Shown piece by piece: positions 39,936-49,679 of a stretch of 64,000 nucleotides of DNA. The stretch's first letter is position 1, and each line of letters starts with the position of its first letter. The DNA comes from Verrucomicrobiota bacterium (GTDB lineage: Bacteria; Verrucomicrobiota; Verrucomicrobiia; Opitutales; Opitutaceae): NCBI GenBank assembly GCA_016871775.1, contig VHCI01000003.1, forward strand, positions 9,458 through 73,457. The letters are read 5' to 3'. The position numbers and the translations under genes are program-made. Under the pieces are notes generated by a model, which was given only the letters and a program-made list of their open reading frames with translations, was not told where the DNA came from and made no database searches.

Positions 39936-40115
39936 GGCCGCGCCTTCAGGGCAGCTTTTACAGCTCGACCCCGAACTTGCCAGCGGCCTCCCCGGCCCCA
40001 CGGACCGCGGCGGTGTAATGCCGGCCCGAGGCCACGGTGAGCACAAGGGCGGCGTCGCGGCTCCCCAAGGCCGGCGCGCCCGCGGCGGCCGTACACAATC
40101 CTGAAGCGGGCGGCC
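39936..40115 (-). ncRNA. ssrS: Candidate 6S RNA
   Basis: 180-nt intergenic rod. Closing stem CTTCAGG/CCTGAAG plus nested stems (40004-10/40080-86, 40020-26/40069-75). G-U pairs favour the minus strand. Motifs TGGGGAGCCGC, CGGGGTCGA and AAAAGCTGC resemble 6S RNAs as recalled. Confidence 0.5.
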
Positions 40116-40252
40116 CGGGGGAACGGCACTGATGGGAGGAGTGGCCCGCGGGAAATTAGCCCGCCCGGGGGATTGACTCGCTCCCGCGGGCTCCGGTACC
40201 CCATTTCCCCTTCCGGCCGCTTCCGGTCCTCGCCTGCCCCCACCCACTCCCG

Positions 40253-42001
40253 ATGAACGATTCCTCATCCTCGACCGATCCGAAGACGCTGCGGCGCGTG
40301 ATCTGGGCGTCCTCCCTGGGGACGCTCTTCGAATGGTACGACTTCTATCTGTACGGAGCTCTCGCGATCTTCTTCAGCAGCAAGTTCTTTCCCCCGGGCA
40401 ACGAGACGGCACAATTGCTGGCCAGCCTCGCGACCTTCGGCGCCGGCTTCGGCGTCCGTCCTCTCGGGGCGCTGGTGTTCGGCCACCTCGGGGACCTCAT
40501 CGGGCGCAAGTATACCTTCCTCGTCACAATGGCGACGATGGGTGTCGCCACGACCCTGGTGGGCTTCCTGCCGACCTACGAGCAATGGGGCCTGTGGGCG
40601 ACCACCATCCTCGTTTTGCTACGACTCCTGCAGGGCCTCGCGCTGGGCGGCGAGTACGGCGGGGCCGCGACCTACGTCGCTGAGCACGTGCCGGATAACC
40701 GCCGCGGCTACTACACCAGCTATATCCAGACGACCGCCACTCTGGGGTTCTTCCTCAGTATGGGCGTGATCGGCGCGACGCGGCTGATCGTCGGCGAGGA
40801 GGCTTTCAAGGCCTACGGCTGGCGCATCCCGTTCCTGATGTCGTTCATCCTCCTCGGGCTGAGCCTCTACATTCGGATGAAGATGCAGGAGAGCCCGCTG
40901 TTCGCGAAGCTCAAGAGCACGGGCCACGTGGCCAAGAACCCGCTCAAGGAGAGCTTCAGTAACCCGGTGAACCTCCGCTACGTGCTGCTGGCGCTCTTCG
41001 GGGCGACGGCGGGGCAGGGCGTCATCTGGTACACCGGCCAGTTCTACGCGCTGACGTTTCTGCAGACCACGTTGAAGCTCCACTGGCTGCCCGCCTACGC
41101 GGTCCTCACCCTCGCCCTCGCTTTGGGCACGCCCCTGTTCCTCGTCTTCGGTCACCTCTCCGACCGCATCGGCCGCAAAAAGGTGATGCTGGCGGGCTGC
41201 GTGCTCGCGGTGCTCACTTACATCCCGATCTATATGGCGATGCGGCACTTCACTCCGCTGCTCGCGCCGGGCCAGACCGCGATCCTCTGGGCGGACCTGC
41301 CCGCATTCAACCTGACCATGCTTGTCGCGCTGGTGTTCCTCCAAGTGATCTATGTGACGATGGTCTACGGCCCGATCGCGGCGTTTTTGGTGGAACTCTT
41401 CCCGACCAACATCCGGTACACCTCGATGTCGCTGCCGTACCATCTGGGGAACGGCTGGTTCGGCGGCTTCCTGCCGCTGATCGCGACCGCGGTGGCCGCG
41501 TCGAAGGCGACCGGGGAAGCGTTCGGTTCCGGGGCCATCTACGCCGGCCTCATCTACCCGATCGCCATCGCGCTGGTGACGCTGGTGGTGGGCGGCCTGT
41601 TCATCCGCGAGACCAAGGGCCACAAGATCGACACCGCGATCTACGTGAGCGACGGCAAGAGGGAGAACTTCGACTGGAACGCTGTGCTGCTGGCACTGGG
41701 CCTCGGCCTCGGGGCGCTGCTCGTGGCGGGCCAGGGTTTCTGGACCGCCCTGGTCGGGGCGATGGGGCTCTGCGCGCTGCCGACGATCTTCTTCCGGCTG
41801 GAGTGCGGCCGCTGGGCGGCGATCGGCCTCGTGCTGGCGTGCCTCGCGCTGACGGCGGTGATCGGCATCTTCGTGCATCCGCAACTGGTCGCGCTGGGCG
41901 GGATGTTCCGCTTTTTCGCCTTCACCCTGCTGCTGGGCGTCTACACCGTACTGTTGGCGCTGGCGTACTTCGCCTTCCGCCCGAAGCCGGCCGCCGCCTG
42001 A
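40253..42001 (+). CDS. MFS transporter, metabolite:H+ symporter (MHS) family, with C-terminal membrane extension
   Basis: EWYDFYLYG, RPLGALVFGHLGDLIGRK, GGEYGGAATYVAE, ELFPTNIRYTSMS. Confidence 0.92.
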   Translation: MNDSSSSTDPKTLRRVIWASSLGTLFEWYDFYLYGALAIFFSSKFFPPGNETAQLLASLATFGAGFGVRPLGALVFGHLGDLIGRKYTFLVTMATMGVATTLVGFLPTYEQWGLWATTILVLLRLLQGLALGGEYGGAATYVAEHVPDNRRGYYTSYIQTTATLGFFLSMGVIGATRLIVGEEAFKAYGWRIPFLMSFILLGLSLYIRMKMQESPLFAKLKSTGHVAKNPLKESFSNPVNLRYVLLALFGATAGQGVIWYTGQFYALTFLQTTLKLHWLPAYAVLTLALALGTPLFLVFGHLSDRIGRKKVMLAGCVLAVLTYIPIYMAMRHFTPLLAPGQTAILWADLPAFNLTMLVALVFLQVIYVTMVYGPIAAFLVELFPTNIRYTSMSLPYHLGNGWFGGFLPLIATAVAASKATGEAFGSGAIYAGLIYPIAIALVTLVVGGLFIRETKGHKIDTAIYVSDGKRENFDWNAVLLALGLGLGALLVAGQGFWTALVGAMGLCALPTIFFRLECGRWAAIGLVLACLALTAVIGIFVHPQLVALGGMFRFFAFTLLLGVYTVLLALAYFAFRPKPAAA

Positions 42002-42032
42002 GGTCCCGAGGGGCCAGCCTTCACCCGCTTAG

Positions 42033-42116
42033 CCCTGCTTCGCTGAAGCTCCGCCGGGCACCCTTAGCCTGGGTAACAAAGCACCTTGGCCCGGCAGCCG
42101 TAGGCTCGGCAAAAGC
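42033..42116. repeat. REP-like imperfect inverted pair at the tRNA-Leu 3' end
   Basis: CCTGCTTCGCTGAAGCTCCGCCGGGC and an inverted diverged copy (42089-42119); GCCGGGC/GCCCGGC pair. Confidence 0.4.
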
Positions 42117-42204
42117 TGGTGCCCGGAGTGGGGGTCGAACCCACAAGCCTTTAGAGGGCGGTGGATTTTGAGTCCACTGCGTCTGCCAATTCCGCCATCC
42201 GGGC
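42117..42204 (-). tRNA. tRNA-Leu(CAA)
   Basis: Minus strand GCCCGGATGGCGGAATTGGCAGACGC, anticodon arm GTGGA-CTCAAAA-TCCAC, long variable arm, GGTTCGACCCCC, CCA end. Confidence 0.96.
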
Positions 42205-42299
42205 CAGAGATCGCGGGACCGTAGGCCCCGGCGGGGAAGTGTCGACGCGAAATTCCCGGCCCGCGCCCGCCCCGACTCCCGCTGCGGCTGCGAATCGAT

Positions 42300-42328
42300 T
42301 GTAAGGAAACGACCCGGGCCGCATCTAA
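42300..42328 (+). promoter_or_regulatory. Candidate ECF-sigma autoregulatory promoter
   Basis: TGTAAG-N16-CATCTAA, 14 nt upstream of the sigma ATG; resembles the TG(A/T)AAC-N16-CGTCTAA ECF layout. Confidence 0.5.
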
Positions 42329-42342
42329 TTCCCTGATCCCGG

Positions 42343-42855
42343 ATGTCGCCCGCCGCCCAACACGCCCTCTTCGCCGCCTGGCTGCGGGACCACGCCGGCC
42401 TCCTCCACCGGGTGGCGAACGCGTTCGCGACCGGGGCCGACCGCGACGACCTGATGCAGGAACTGCTGCTCGCCCTCTGGCGCGCCGTACCCGCCTTCGC
42501 CGGAGCCAGCAAGCCCTCGACCTTCATCCACCGCGTCGCGCACAACACGGCGCTCACCTGGCGCCGCGGGGCCGCGACATACCGCCGGCAACTCGACCGC
42601 TTCGCCACCGAGCCGTTGCCCGCGCCCGACTCTCCGCGCCCGGGCGAGGACGAGGCCTTGGCCGCGATCTACGCCGCGATCCGGCAACTGCCCGCCGTCG
42701 ATCGCTCGCTCCTAGTGCTCCACCTCGACGGCCTCGGCTACGCCGCCATCGCCGAGATCCACGGGCTGTCCGAAAACCACGTCGGCGTGAGGCTCACCCG
42801 GCTCCGCCAGCGCCTCACGCAACTGCTGCAGGAAACGACCGATGAACTCCGCTGA
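42343..42855 (+). CDS. ECF RNA polymerase sigma factor
   Basis: DDLMQE, STFIHRVAHN (region 2); LDGLGYAAIAEIHGLSENHVGVRLTR (region 4). Confidence 0.92.
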   Translation: MSPAAQHALFAAWLRDHAGLLHRVANAFATGADRDDLMQELLLALWRAVPAFAGASKPSTFIHRVAHNTALTWRRGAATYRRQLDRFATEPLPAPDSPRPGEDEALAAIYAAIRQLPAVDRSLLVLHLDGLGYAAIAEIHGLSENHVGVRLTRLRQRLTQLLQETTDELR

Positions 42856-43459
42856 CCTCGAGCGCGCGTGGCGCTCCCCCCGCAACTCCGCCGATCCGGC
42901 CGCGCTGGCCACGGCCCGCGACCAGTTGTTCGCCGACCTAAAAAAGAGGCGGCGCGCGCGACGGCTGTTCCTCGCGCTCGTGCTCGGCGCCCTGACTCTG
43001 CTCAGCGTGCGGGTCGCCCTCGCCACGTTACCCCGCGCGGGCGGGCCGACGATCGCCCCGGAACGCGATTGGGCCTCGCTGGTGTTCCTCGCCCTGCCGT
43101 GGATCGGTTTCATCATGCTCACGCGCCAGATGCTCCGGCACGAGCGCGGCCATCAACGCGCGGGGGAAGCGATCGGGGACACCGTGCGCGCCCTGCTCGA
43201 CGAGAACGCGACGGCCCGGGCGGGCCTGCGGGTGACGGCGGGCCTCCACGGCGTTACCCTGCTGCTGCTCCCGCTGGTGGTCGCGCAATTGCGGGCGACG
43301 GGCAAGGCCGGCGACGAGATCCTCTGGCCCGCCTTCCTGGGTTGGCCGCTGATCGCGAGCACCATCCTCGCGACCCTGTGGTGGCAGGACCGCCACCGCC
43401 TGCTCCCGCGCCGGCGCCAGCTCGAGGCGCTGCGGCGGGAGCTCGAGCGCGCGGACTGA
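42842..43459 (+). CDS. Membrane protein, putative anti-sigma factor
   Basis: Overlaps the sigma stop; short cytoplasmic N-terminus (DLERAW) then ~4 TM helices. Confidence 0.65.
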   Translation: MNSADLERAWRSPRNSADPAALATARDQLFADLKKRRRARRLFLALVLGALTLLSVRVALATLPRAGGPTIAPERDWASLVFLALPWIGFIMLTRQMLRHERGHQRAGEAIGDTVRALLDENATARAGLRVTAGLHGVTLLLLPLVVAQLRATGKAGDEILWPAFLGWPLIASTILATLWWQDRHRLLPRRRQLEALRRELERAD

Positions 43460-43508
43460 GCGCGAAATTCCCGGTTGAGCCCCGGCCGGGCGCGGGGAAG
43501 CTCGCGCC

Positions 43509-44258
43509 GTGCCCGACCTACGCGCCCATTGCCCGCACGCCGCGGCCACCGCGACCGAACTCACCCTCGCCGAGGCGGAATCGCACCATCTCGTGACCGT
43601 CCACCGCGCCCGCGCGGGCGATCCCGTGACCGCCTTCGACGGACGCGGCCGCGAGTGGACCTGCACCGTCGCCACGCCCGACCGCCGTGCCGCGGTGCTG
43701 CGCGTTGCCGCCACCCGGCTCGCTCCTCCCCTGCCCTGCGTCCTCACGCTCGCCCAGGCCATCCCCAAGGGCGGGGCGATGGAGGACATCGTGCGCCACG
43801 CCACGGAATTGGGCGCGGCGGCCGTGATCCCCGTGCTCACGGCGCGCACGGAGGTGCACCTCGACGGTGAGCGGGCCGGGCGCAAGAGCGAGAAGTGGCT
43901 GCAGACCGCGATCGAGGCGGCGAAGCAATGCGGGAACCTCTTCGTGCCGGCGGTTCCGCCGCCGATCGCGTTGGCAAACCTCCTTGCTGCCCCGTCCGCG
44001 GCGGAACTCCGGCTGATCGCCAGCCTGCACCCCGGCGCGCGACCGCTCCGCACCGCGCTGGCCGACTTCCGCGCGGCGCACGGCCGGCCGCCGCAAAGCG
44101 TGCTCTGGCTGGTCGGCCCGGAGGGGGACTTCACCCCGGACGAGATGGCGGCCGCGACGGGCGCGGGCTTTACGCCGGTCACCCTCGGGCCGCTCGTGCT
44201 GCGGTGCGTCACCGCCGCCACCTGCGCCCTCGGGATCCTCCGGCACGAGACCGGCTGA
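43509..44258 (+). CDS. rsmE: 16S rRNA m3U1498 methyltransferase
   Basis: HHLVTVHR, IVRHATELG, EAAKQC, VGPEGDF, LGPLVLR..TA. Confidence 0.92.
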   Translation: MPDLRAHCPHAAATATELTLAEAESHHLVTVHRARAGDPVTAFDGRGREWTCTVATPDRRAAVLRVAATRLAPPLPCVLTLAQAIPKGGAMEDIVRHATELGAAAVIPVLTARTEVHLDGERAGRKSEKWLQTAIEAAKQCGNLFVPAVPPPIALANLLAAPSAAELRLIASLHPGARPLRTALADFRAAHGRPPQSVLWLVGPEGDFTPDEMAAATGAGFTPVTLGPLVLRCVTAATCALGILRHETG

Positions 44259-44288
44259 ACCTCGGAGGCTAGGCGGTCGGTGGGAAGC

Positions 44289-46217
44289 TCAGGCCACAAG
44301 CACGCCGCGCGCCACCACGGTGTCGGGCCGGTCGCGACCAGCCTTGATCGTGTATGTCCCGGGCGCGTACACGCGGGGCGTAAAACTCGCCTCGGTGGCG
44401 CGCACGGTGTAAATGATCTCGCCAGTCTCCTCGTGGAGGACCTGCACCACCGGCTCGGCGACGCCGTCCAGCCGCACCGCGGGCAGGCGCGCGTGGACCT
44501 TGCGGCCGTCGTTGGCGTCCATCGCCACGGTGAGGGGCCAGCCCGGGTACTGGGCGGCGTCGCCCTTCCTCGCGTCAGCGAAGCGCGGCCAGCACTCGAA
44601 GGTGATGGTGCGTTTGGCCTTCCGGAAGCGAGCGATGCCGTGGCCGTCGCCGCGCTGGCGCTCGTCGGTCACGTCGACCGGGTTCGCGTAGGCGAGCATC
44701 GAAATGCGGTTGCCCAGCCCATCCTTGAAATCCCCGGTCCAGGGCAGCGGGCTGCCGGGCACCGGGTTCGGGCCGGCCTTCTCGTCGAGCGGGTGCCACC
44801 AGCGGCCGTAGATGGTATTCACGAGGGCGGGCCCGGTGAAGCCGTAGGGCCCGTCACCGTGCTCAGTGATGCCGCTCTTCACGACCACGGCGAGGTGCTG
44901 GTCCCCGCAGAGGTGCACGGCCCACGCGCGGCGGATCTCCGCAAGGGCGAGGTTGCGCTTGGTCTGGGGCCAGCCGTTGCAGTCGAGGTCCGCGAGCAGG
45001 CGCGACTGGCGGCCGCCGTGCATATGGACCGCGCCGCAGAACGCGGTCGCGGAGAGCACGGCCTTCATCCGCGTGCCGGTCCAGTCCTGGGTCCAGCCGC
45101 GGAGGAACGCCTCTTGCCGCGCGCCGAGGAGCTGGAGGCCGGGGAGATCGATGGTCTTCGGGTCGTAGGCCGGATCGTTGATGTGGTCGGGGCGCGGTCC
45201 CATCTGCGGGATCTTGCCGGCCGGACCGGTCTTGAACTTGCGGTCCTCGAGGATGGCGAAGTCCACGCCGCCGAGGGTGAGCCGGGTGAAATAGACCGTG
45301 ATGCCGCGCTCGACCGGGGCGGGATCCACCGGATCGGGCAGGTGCCAAGTCTGCTGGCGCTGGACCTGGTTCACGTAGGCCACCGGGTAACGGTAGCCGC
45401 CGTCAGCGTCGCCTTGGATGGTGGAGCGCTTGCCGTTCTCGCCCCAAAGGTTGCCGTGGCCGACGTCGTGGTCGTCGGGGATGGCGATGGTTGGCCGGTC
45501 CCGCATCACGTCGCGGAACTGCAGCCCGAACTCGATCCAGCCCGCGGTGTGCTCGGTGTGCCGGTAGGTCTGGTCGCCGGCGAAGAAGAGCAGGTCGGGG
45601 TTCTGCGCCCGGAGGGTGTCGATGATCTCGGGCCGCTGGCCGGTGGTGCGGCTCGAGTTGCAGGACATTAGGGCGACGACGATCTCGTCCTTCTCGACCG
45701 GGTCGCGGCGGATGCGGCCCTCGAAGCGGGCCTCCGCACCGTGGCGCACACGATAGGCGACGTCGCGGGTGGAATCCCATTTTTCCACGCGGAAGTGAGC
45801 GTCCCAACCAGGGTAGAGCACCTCGGAGCGGGCCAGCTCGACCCACGCGCCAGCGCGCTGCACCTCGAGCCGGGCAATCCGCTCCTCGCCAGGTTTCAGC
45901 GGGTAGAGCTGCGCGGTGAGCTTCATCACGCCCCGGTGCACGGTGTAGAGGGCGAAGGCGACCACCAGGTCGCGCGGCACGTCCATCGGCGGGGGCGGCG
46001 GCTGGCCCTGACCCTTGCCCTTGGCCTTGCCGGGCGCGGCGGGCGCCTTCCTCCACCACTCGCCAGTGGCGAGCGCGTCGAGATTGGGGTACTCGGAGCC
46101 GAAGGGCGACGCCGGGTCGGCCGCGGCCGCGGCGGAGAGCGCGACGGGACGGAGCGCGAGGGAGCCGGCTCCAGCGAGGGTGAGCTTGAGGGCGGTGCGG
46201 CGGTCGATGGGGTCCAT
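44289..46217 (-). CDS. Tat-exported PhoD-like metallophosphoesterase
   Basis: DRRTAL signal; FFAGDQTY, PDDHDVG, LEDRKFK, LCGDQH. Confidence 0.82.
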   Translation of the reverse strand: MDPIDRRTALKLTLAGAGSLALRPVALSAAAAADPASPFGSEYPNLDALATGEWWRKAPAAPGKAKGKGQGQPPPPPMDVPRDLVVAFALYTVHRGVMKLTAQLYPLKPGEERIARLEVQRAGAWVELARSEVLYPGWDAHFRVEKWDSTRDVAYRVRHGAEARFEGRIRRDPVEKDEIVVALMSCNSSRTTGQRPEIIDTLRAQNPDLLFFAGDQTYRHTEHTAGWIEFGLQFRDVMRDRPTIAIPDDHDVGHGNLWGENGKRSTIQGDADGGYRYPVAYVNQVQRQQTWHLPDPVDPAPVERGITVYFTRLTLGGVDFAILEDRKFKTGPAGKIPQMGPRPDHINDPAYDPKTIDLPGLQLLGARQEAFLRGWTQDWTGTRMKAVLSATAFCGAVHMHGGRQSRLLADLDCNGWPQTKRNLALAEIRRAWAVHLCGDQHLAVVVKSGITEHGDGPYGFTGPALVNTIYGRWWHPLDEKAGPNPVPGSPLPWTGDFKDGLGNRISMLAYANPVDVTDERQRGDGHGIARFRKAKRTITFECWPRFADARKGDAAQYPGWPLTVAMDANDGRKVHARLPAVRLDGVAEPVVQVLHEETGEIIYTVRATEASFTPRVYAPGTYTIKAGRDRPDTVVARGVLVA

Positions 46218-46522
46218 CCGTGGAACGTGGTCTGCGACGCGCCGCAAACGCTGGCCCGCCGCATTTCGTGGGCGAGCTTTTTCCGGTACCGGACCGCGGG
46301 CCGAGACAACCCTGCCACCTTGGACGCCGTTCACTTACGAACCCCGCGCGGCGGCCCGGCCGCGCTTCATAGCGCCAAGCCGCGCGTTCGCGCGGGCCGG
46401 ACGGGGACGGAACTTTGGTGATGACGGCGCAGCGGGGCCCGGGTGACCAGTACCGCCCGGGAAAGTATTCGCCCGTCGCACCGCGCGCTTGGCTTTAGGC
46501 GCCAGCGGCACATCCTCGCTCA

Positions 46523-48616
46523 ATGCTTCAGCTCGTACTTCCCCTCACCTCCCTGCTCCCGTTGCTCGTGCTCCCGCTCCTTTCCGCCGCCCCGGCCCCG
46601 CAGCCCGATGACCCGCACCTCTGGCTCGAAGAAGTCCAAGGCGACCGCGCACTCACGTGGGTCCGGGAGCGCAACGCCCAGTCCCTCGGCGAACTGGAGG
46701 CGGCCCCGGAATTCGCTCCCCTGCGCGACCGCCTGCTCGGGATCCTCGATTCCCGCGCCCGCATTCCCTACGTCACCCGCCGCGGCGACCGCTATTACAA
46801 TCTTTGGCAGGACGCCGCCCATCCCCGCGGCCTCTGGCGGCGGACAACGCTCGCAGAGTACCGTAAGCCGGAGCCCGCTTGGGAGACCGTGCTCGACCTT
46901 GACGCCCTCGGGCGAGCCGAGGGTGAGAATTGGGTGTGGAAGGGCTCCACCTGGCTCGAGCCCGAATTGGACCGCTGCCTGATCAGCCTGTCGCGCGGCG
47001 GCGCCGACGCGGTCGTGGTGCGGGAGTTCGACCCGGTGGCCAAGGCGTTCGCGGCCGACGGTTTCAAGCTGCCCGAGGCGAAGACTCAGATCGCCTGGCG
47101 CGACCGCGACCACCTTTACGTCGGGACGGACTTCGGCCCCGGCAGCCTCACCGACTCGGGCTACGCCCGGCAGGCCCGCCTGTGGCGCCGCGGCACGCCG
47201 CTGGCCGAGGCTCCGCTGGTGTTCGAAGGCCGCTCCACCGACGTCAGCGCCTCGGTCTACACCACGTTCGAGCCCGGCTTCCGGCGCGAGTTCGCACGGC
47301 GCGGCACCACCTTCTTCTCCGCGGAGCACTTCCTCGGACGCGAGGGGAAGTTCGAGCGGCTCGACCTGCCGGCGGACGTCCGCCTCGGCACCTGGCGCGA
47401 GCACCTGCTGGTCACCCTGCGCAAGGACTGGGCGGTCGGTGGGCAGACCTTCCCGGCGGGAGCGCTGCTCGCGCTGCCGTGGGCACGGTTTCTCGCTGGC
47501 GACCGGGACTTCGCGATCCTGTTCGCGCCCGGCCCGCGTGAGGCCCTCGCCGGCTACAGCACGACCCGCGGCCACGTGCTGATCAACACCCTCGCCAACG
47601 TGCGCAGCCAGATTTTTGTGGCGACGCCGAAACCAGGACGCGACTGGGACCGACGGCCCCTGCCTGGCGTCAACTTCGGGCACGCCACGGCCAGCGGTGA
47701 GGACGACAGCTCGGACGCCTTCTGGCTGCAGGCCGACGACTTCCTCACCCCGCCCAGCCTCTTCCGGGGGGAAATTGGTGGGGGCGCGCCCGAGTTGCTC
47801 CGGCAACTGCCCACGTTCTTCGCCGCCGCGATGCTGGAGTTCACGCAGCAAGAGGCCGTCTCCGCCGATGGCGCGCGCATCCCGTATTTCCAGGTGGCGC
47901 GGAAGGGCCTCGCAGCGGACGGCCGCAACCCGACGCTGCTCTATGGCTACGGTGGATTCCAGATCTCGCAGACCCCGAACCACCGCGCGGGGATGGGTGC
48001 CGCGTGGCTCGAGCAGGGCGGCGTGTTCGTCCTCGCCAACCTGCGGGGCGGCGGCGAGTTCGGTCCGGCCTGGCACCAGGCGGCGCTGAAGGACCGGCGC
48101 CAGCGCGCGTACGATGACTTCATCGCGGTGGCCGAGGACCTCGTGCGGCGGAAGGTCACCTCCCCACGCCACCTCGGGATCCAGGGCGGCAGCAACGGCG
48201 GGCTCCTCGTCGGCGCCGCGATGGTGCAGCGTCCCGACCTGTTTCGCGCGGTCGTCTGCCAGGTGCCGCTGCTCGATATGCGGCGCTACCACCGCCTGCT
48301 CGCCGGCGCGTCCTGGATGGCCGAATACGGCAACCCGGAAGATCCCGCTGAGTGGGCATACCTCGCGCGCTACTCGCCCTACCACAACGTGCGCGCCGGG
48401 GTGACCTACCCGCGCGCCCTGTTCACGACCTCGACCCGCGACGACCGCGTGCATCCGGGCCACGCCCGCAAGATGGCAGCGCGGATGCTCGAGCAGGGCC
48501 ACCCGGTCCTGTACTACGAGAACATCGAGGGCGGCCACGGGGGCGCCGCGGACAACCGCCAACTCGCGCGGATGCAGGCGCTGTCCTACACCTTCCTTCT
48601 ACGCGAGCTCCGCTGA
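46523..48616 (+). CDS. Exported prolyl oligopeptidase (S9A)
   Basis: DDPHLWLEE, LYGYGGF, GGSNGG nucleophile, DDRVHPGH, GGHGG. Confidence 0.95.
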   Translation: MLQLVLPLTSLLPLLVLPLLSAAPAPQPDDPHLWLEEVQGDRALTWVRERNAQSLGELEAAPEFAPLRDRLLGILDSRARIPYVTRRGDRYYNLWQDAAHPRGLWRRTTLAEYRKPEPAWETVLDLDALGRAEGENWVWKGSTWLEPELDRCLISLSRGGADAVVVREFDPVAKAFAADGFKLPEAKTQIAWRDRDHLYVGTDFGPGSLTDSGYARQARLWRRGTPLAEAPLVFEGRSTDVSASVYTTFEPGFRREFARRGTTFFSAEHFLGREGKFERLDLPADVRLGTWREHLLVTLRKDWAVGGQTFPAGALLALPWARFLAGDRDFAILFAPGPREALAGYSTTRGHVLINTLANVRSQIFVATPKPGRDWDRRPLPGVNFGHATASGEDDSSDAFWLQADDFLTPPSLFRGEIGGGAPELLRQLPTFFAAAMLEFTQQEAVSADGARIPYFQVARKGLAADGRNPTLLYGYGGFQISQTPNHRAGMGAAWLEQGGVFVLANLRGGGEFGPAWHQAALKDRRQRAYDDFIAVAEDLVRRKVTSPRHLGIQGGSNGGLLVGAAMVQRPDLFRAVVCQVPLLDMRRYHRLLAGASWMAEYGNPEDPAEWAYLARYSPYHNVRAGVTYPRALFTTSTRDDRVHPGHARKMAARMLEQGHPVLYYENIEGGHGGAADNRQLARMQALSYTFLLRELR

Positions 48617-48632
48617 AGGCGACCCGCGCGGT

Positions 48633-49679
48633 TCAAGCGCACAGCAGGAAGTCGCGCCCCTCCACCCAGCCGCGGGCCGCGAGGTCGGCCGCGATCAGCT
48701 CCCGCGCTCCCGGCGAGGAGACGTAGGCGAGGACGAACGCCTCGCCCGGGCGCGGCAGCGCCGAGGGGGCCCACACCGGCGGCCCGCGGCCGCCCAGCGC
48801 CGGCGTCACCTTGGCCGGATCGACGTCCACGTACCCCGCGACGCGCAGCCCATGGCTCGCGAGCACGGCGGCGCGGAGACGGGTCGGGCGCCCTGCGCCC
48901 CAGACGAGGAGCGGCCGGGCCGCGAGGTCGGGCCGGGCCTGGAGCCAGCGGGCGATCCAGCGGGCCTTCAGCCGGAAGAAGGCTTCCGGCGCGTAGCGGG
49001 CGTCCGTTCGCGAGAGCCGCCCCGGCCGGTCGTGCCAACGCAGCAGCACACGCGGCAACTTGCCGAAGGCTACGCCCGCATCCATCCACCGCAGCCATAG
49101 CTCGTAATCCTCCGGGAAATCGCCCGCGCGGTAGCCGCCGTGCCGCCCCAGCAGGTCGCGCCGGAACACCACGCTCGGATGGGCGACGGGCGCGTCGACA
49201 AAACGCCGGAGCGCCATCAGCTCCGGGGTGAGCAGGCCGTTCAGCCACGCCACGTGCCGCGCGTAACCCGCCTGCGCCGCTGCGTCGCCGGCGTGTTCCA
49301 CGAGGCAACTCACGACGCCGTGCGCCCGGCCCTCCGGGCCATCGAGCCACGCCACCTGGGCCGCGAGCCGCTCCGGCAGCGCCTCGTCGTCCGCGTCCAT
49401 CCGCGCGACCAGTTCCCCGCGGGCCACGGCGAGGCCGGCGTTGAGCGCGGCGACTAGGCCCTCACGCGGTCGCCGGAGAACCCGGAGGCGGGATTCCTCC
49501 CGGGCCAGCGGCGCGAGGAGCCCCGCCGTCGCATCGACCGACCCGTCGTCGACGACCAACAGTTCCCAATCGGGGAACTTCTGGTTCAGAATACTCGCGA
49601 CCGCCCGGCCGAGGGTGGCGGCCGCGTCCCGGGCGGGCAGGAGCACCGTGACCCGCGGGGCGGCGGCGGTCCCGTTCAG
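48633..49679 (-). CDS. GT2 glycosyltransferase, probable CTG start coupled to msrA
   Basis: PRVTVLLP, VDDGSVD, RMDADD, EDYELW. The first canonical start (GTG 49646) cuts the conserved first strand. AAGGAG lies 8 nt before CTG 49679. Confidence 0.85.
   Translation of the reverse strand: MNGTAAAPRVTVLLPARDAAATLGRAVASILNQKFPDWELLVVDDGSVDATAGLLAPLAREESRLRVLRRPREGLVAALNAGLAVARGELVARMDADDEALPERLAAQVAWLDGPEGRAHGVVSCLVEHAGDAAAQAGYARHVAWLNGLLTPELMALRRFVDAPVAHPSVVFRRDLLGRHGGYRAGDFPEDYELWLRWMDAGVAFGKLPRVLLRWHDRPGRLSRTDARYAPEAFFRLKARWIARWLQARPDLAARPLLVWGAGRPTRLRAAVLASHGLRVAGYVDVDPAKVTPALGGRGPPVWAPSALPRPGEAFVLAYVSSPGARELIAADLAARGWVEGRDFLLCA

Noticed and set aside
34179-42204. Genomic island bracketed by two tRNAs
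   Set aside because: No integrase, no duplicated tRNA 3' end and no obvious compositional shift.
46374-46493. Imperfect inverted repeat upstream of the prolyl oligopeptidase
   Set aside because: About 12 GC-rich bases with a gap, no target duplication and no second copy; compatible with chance.
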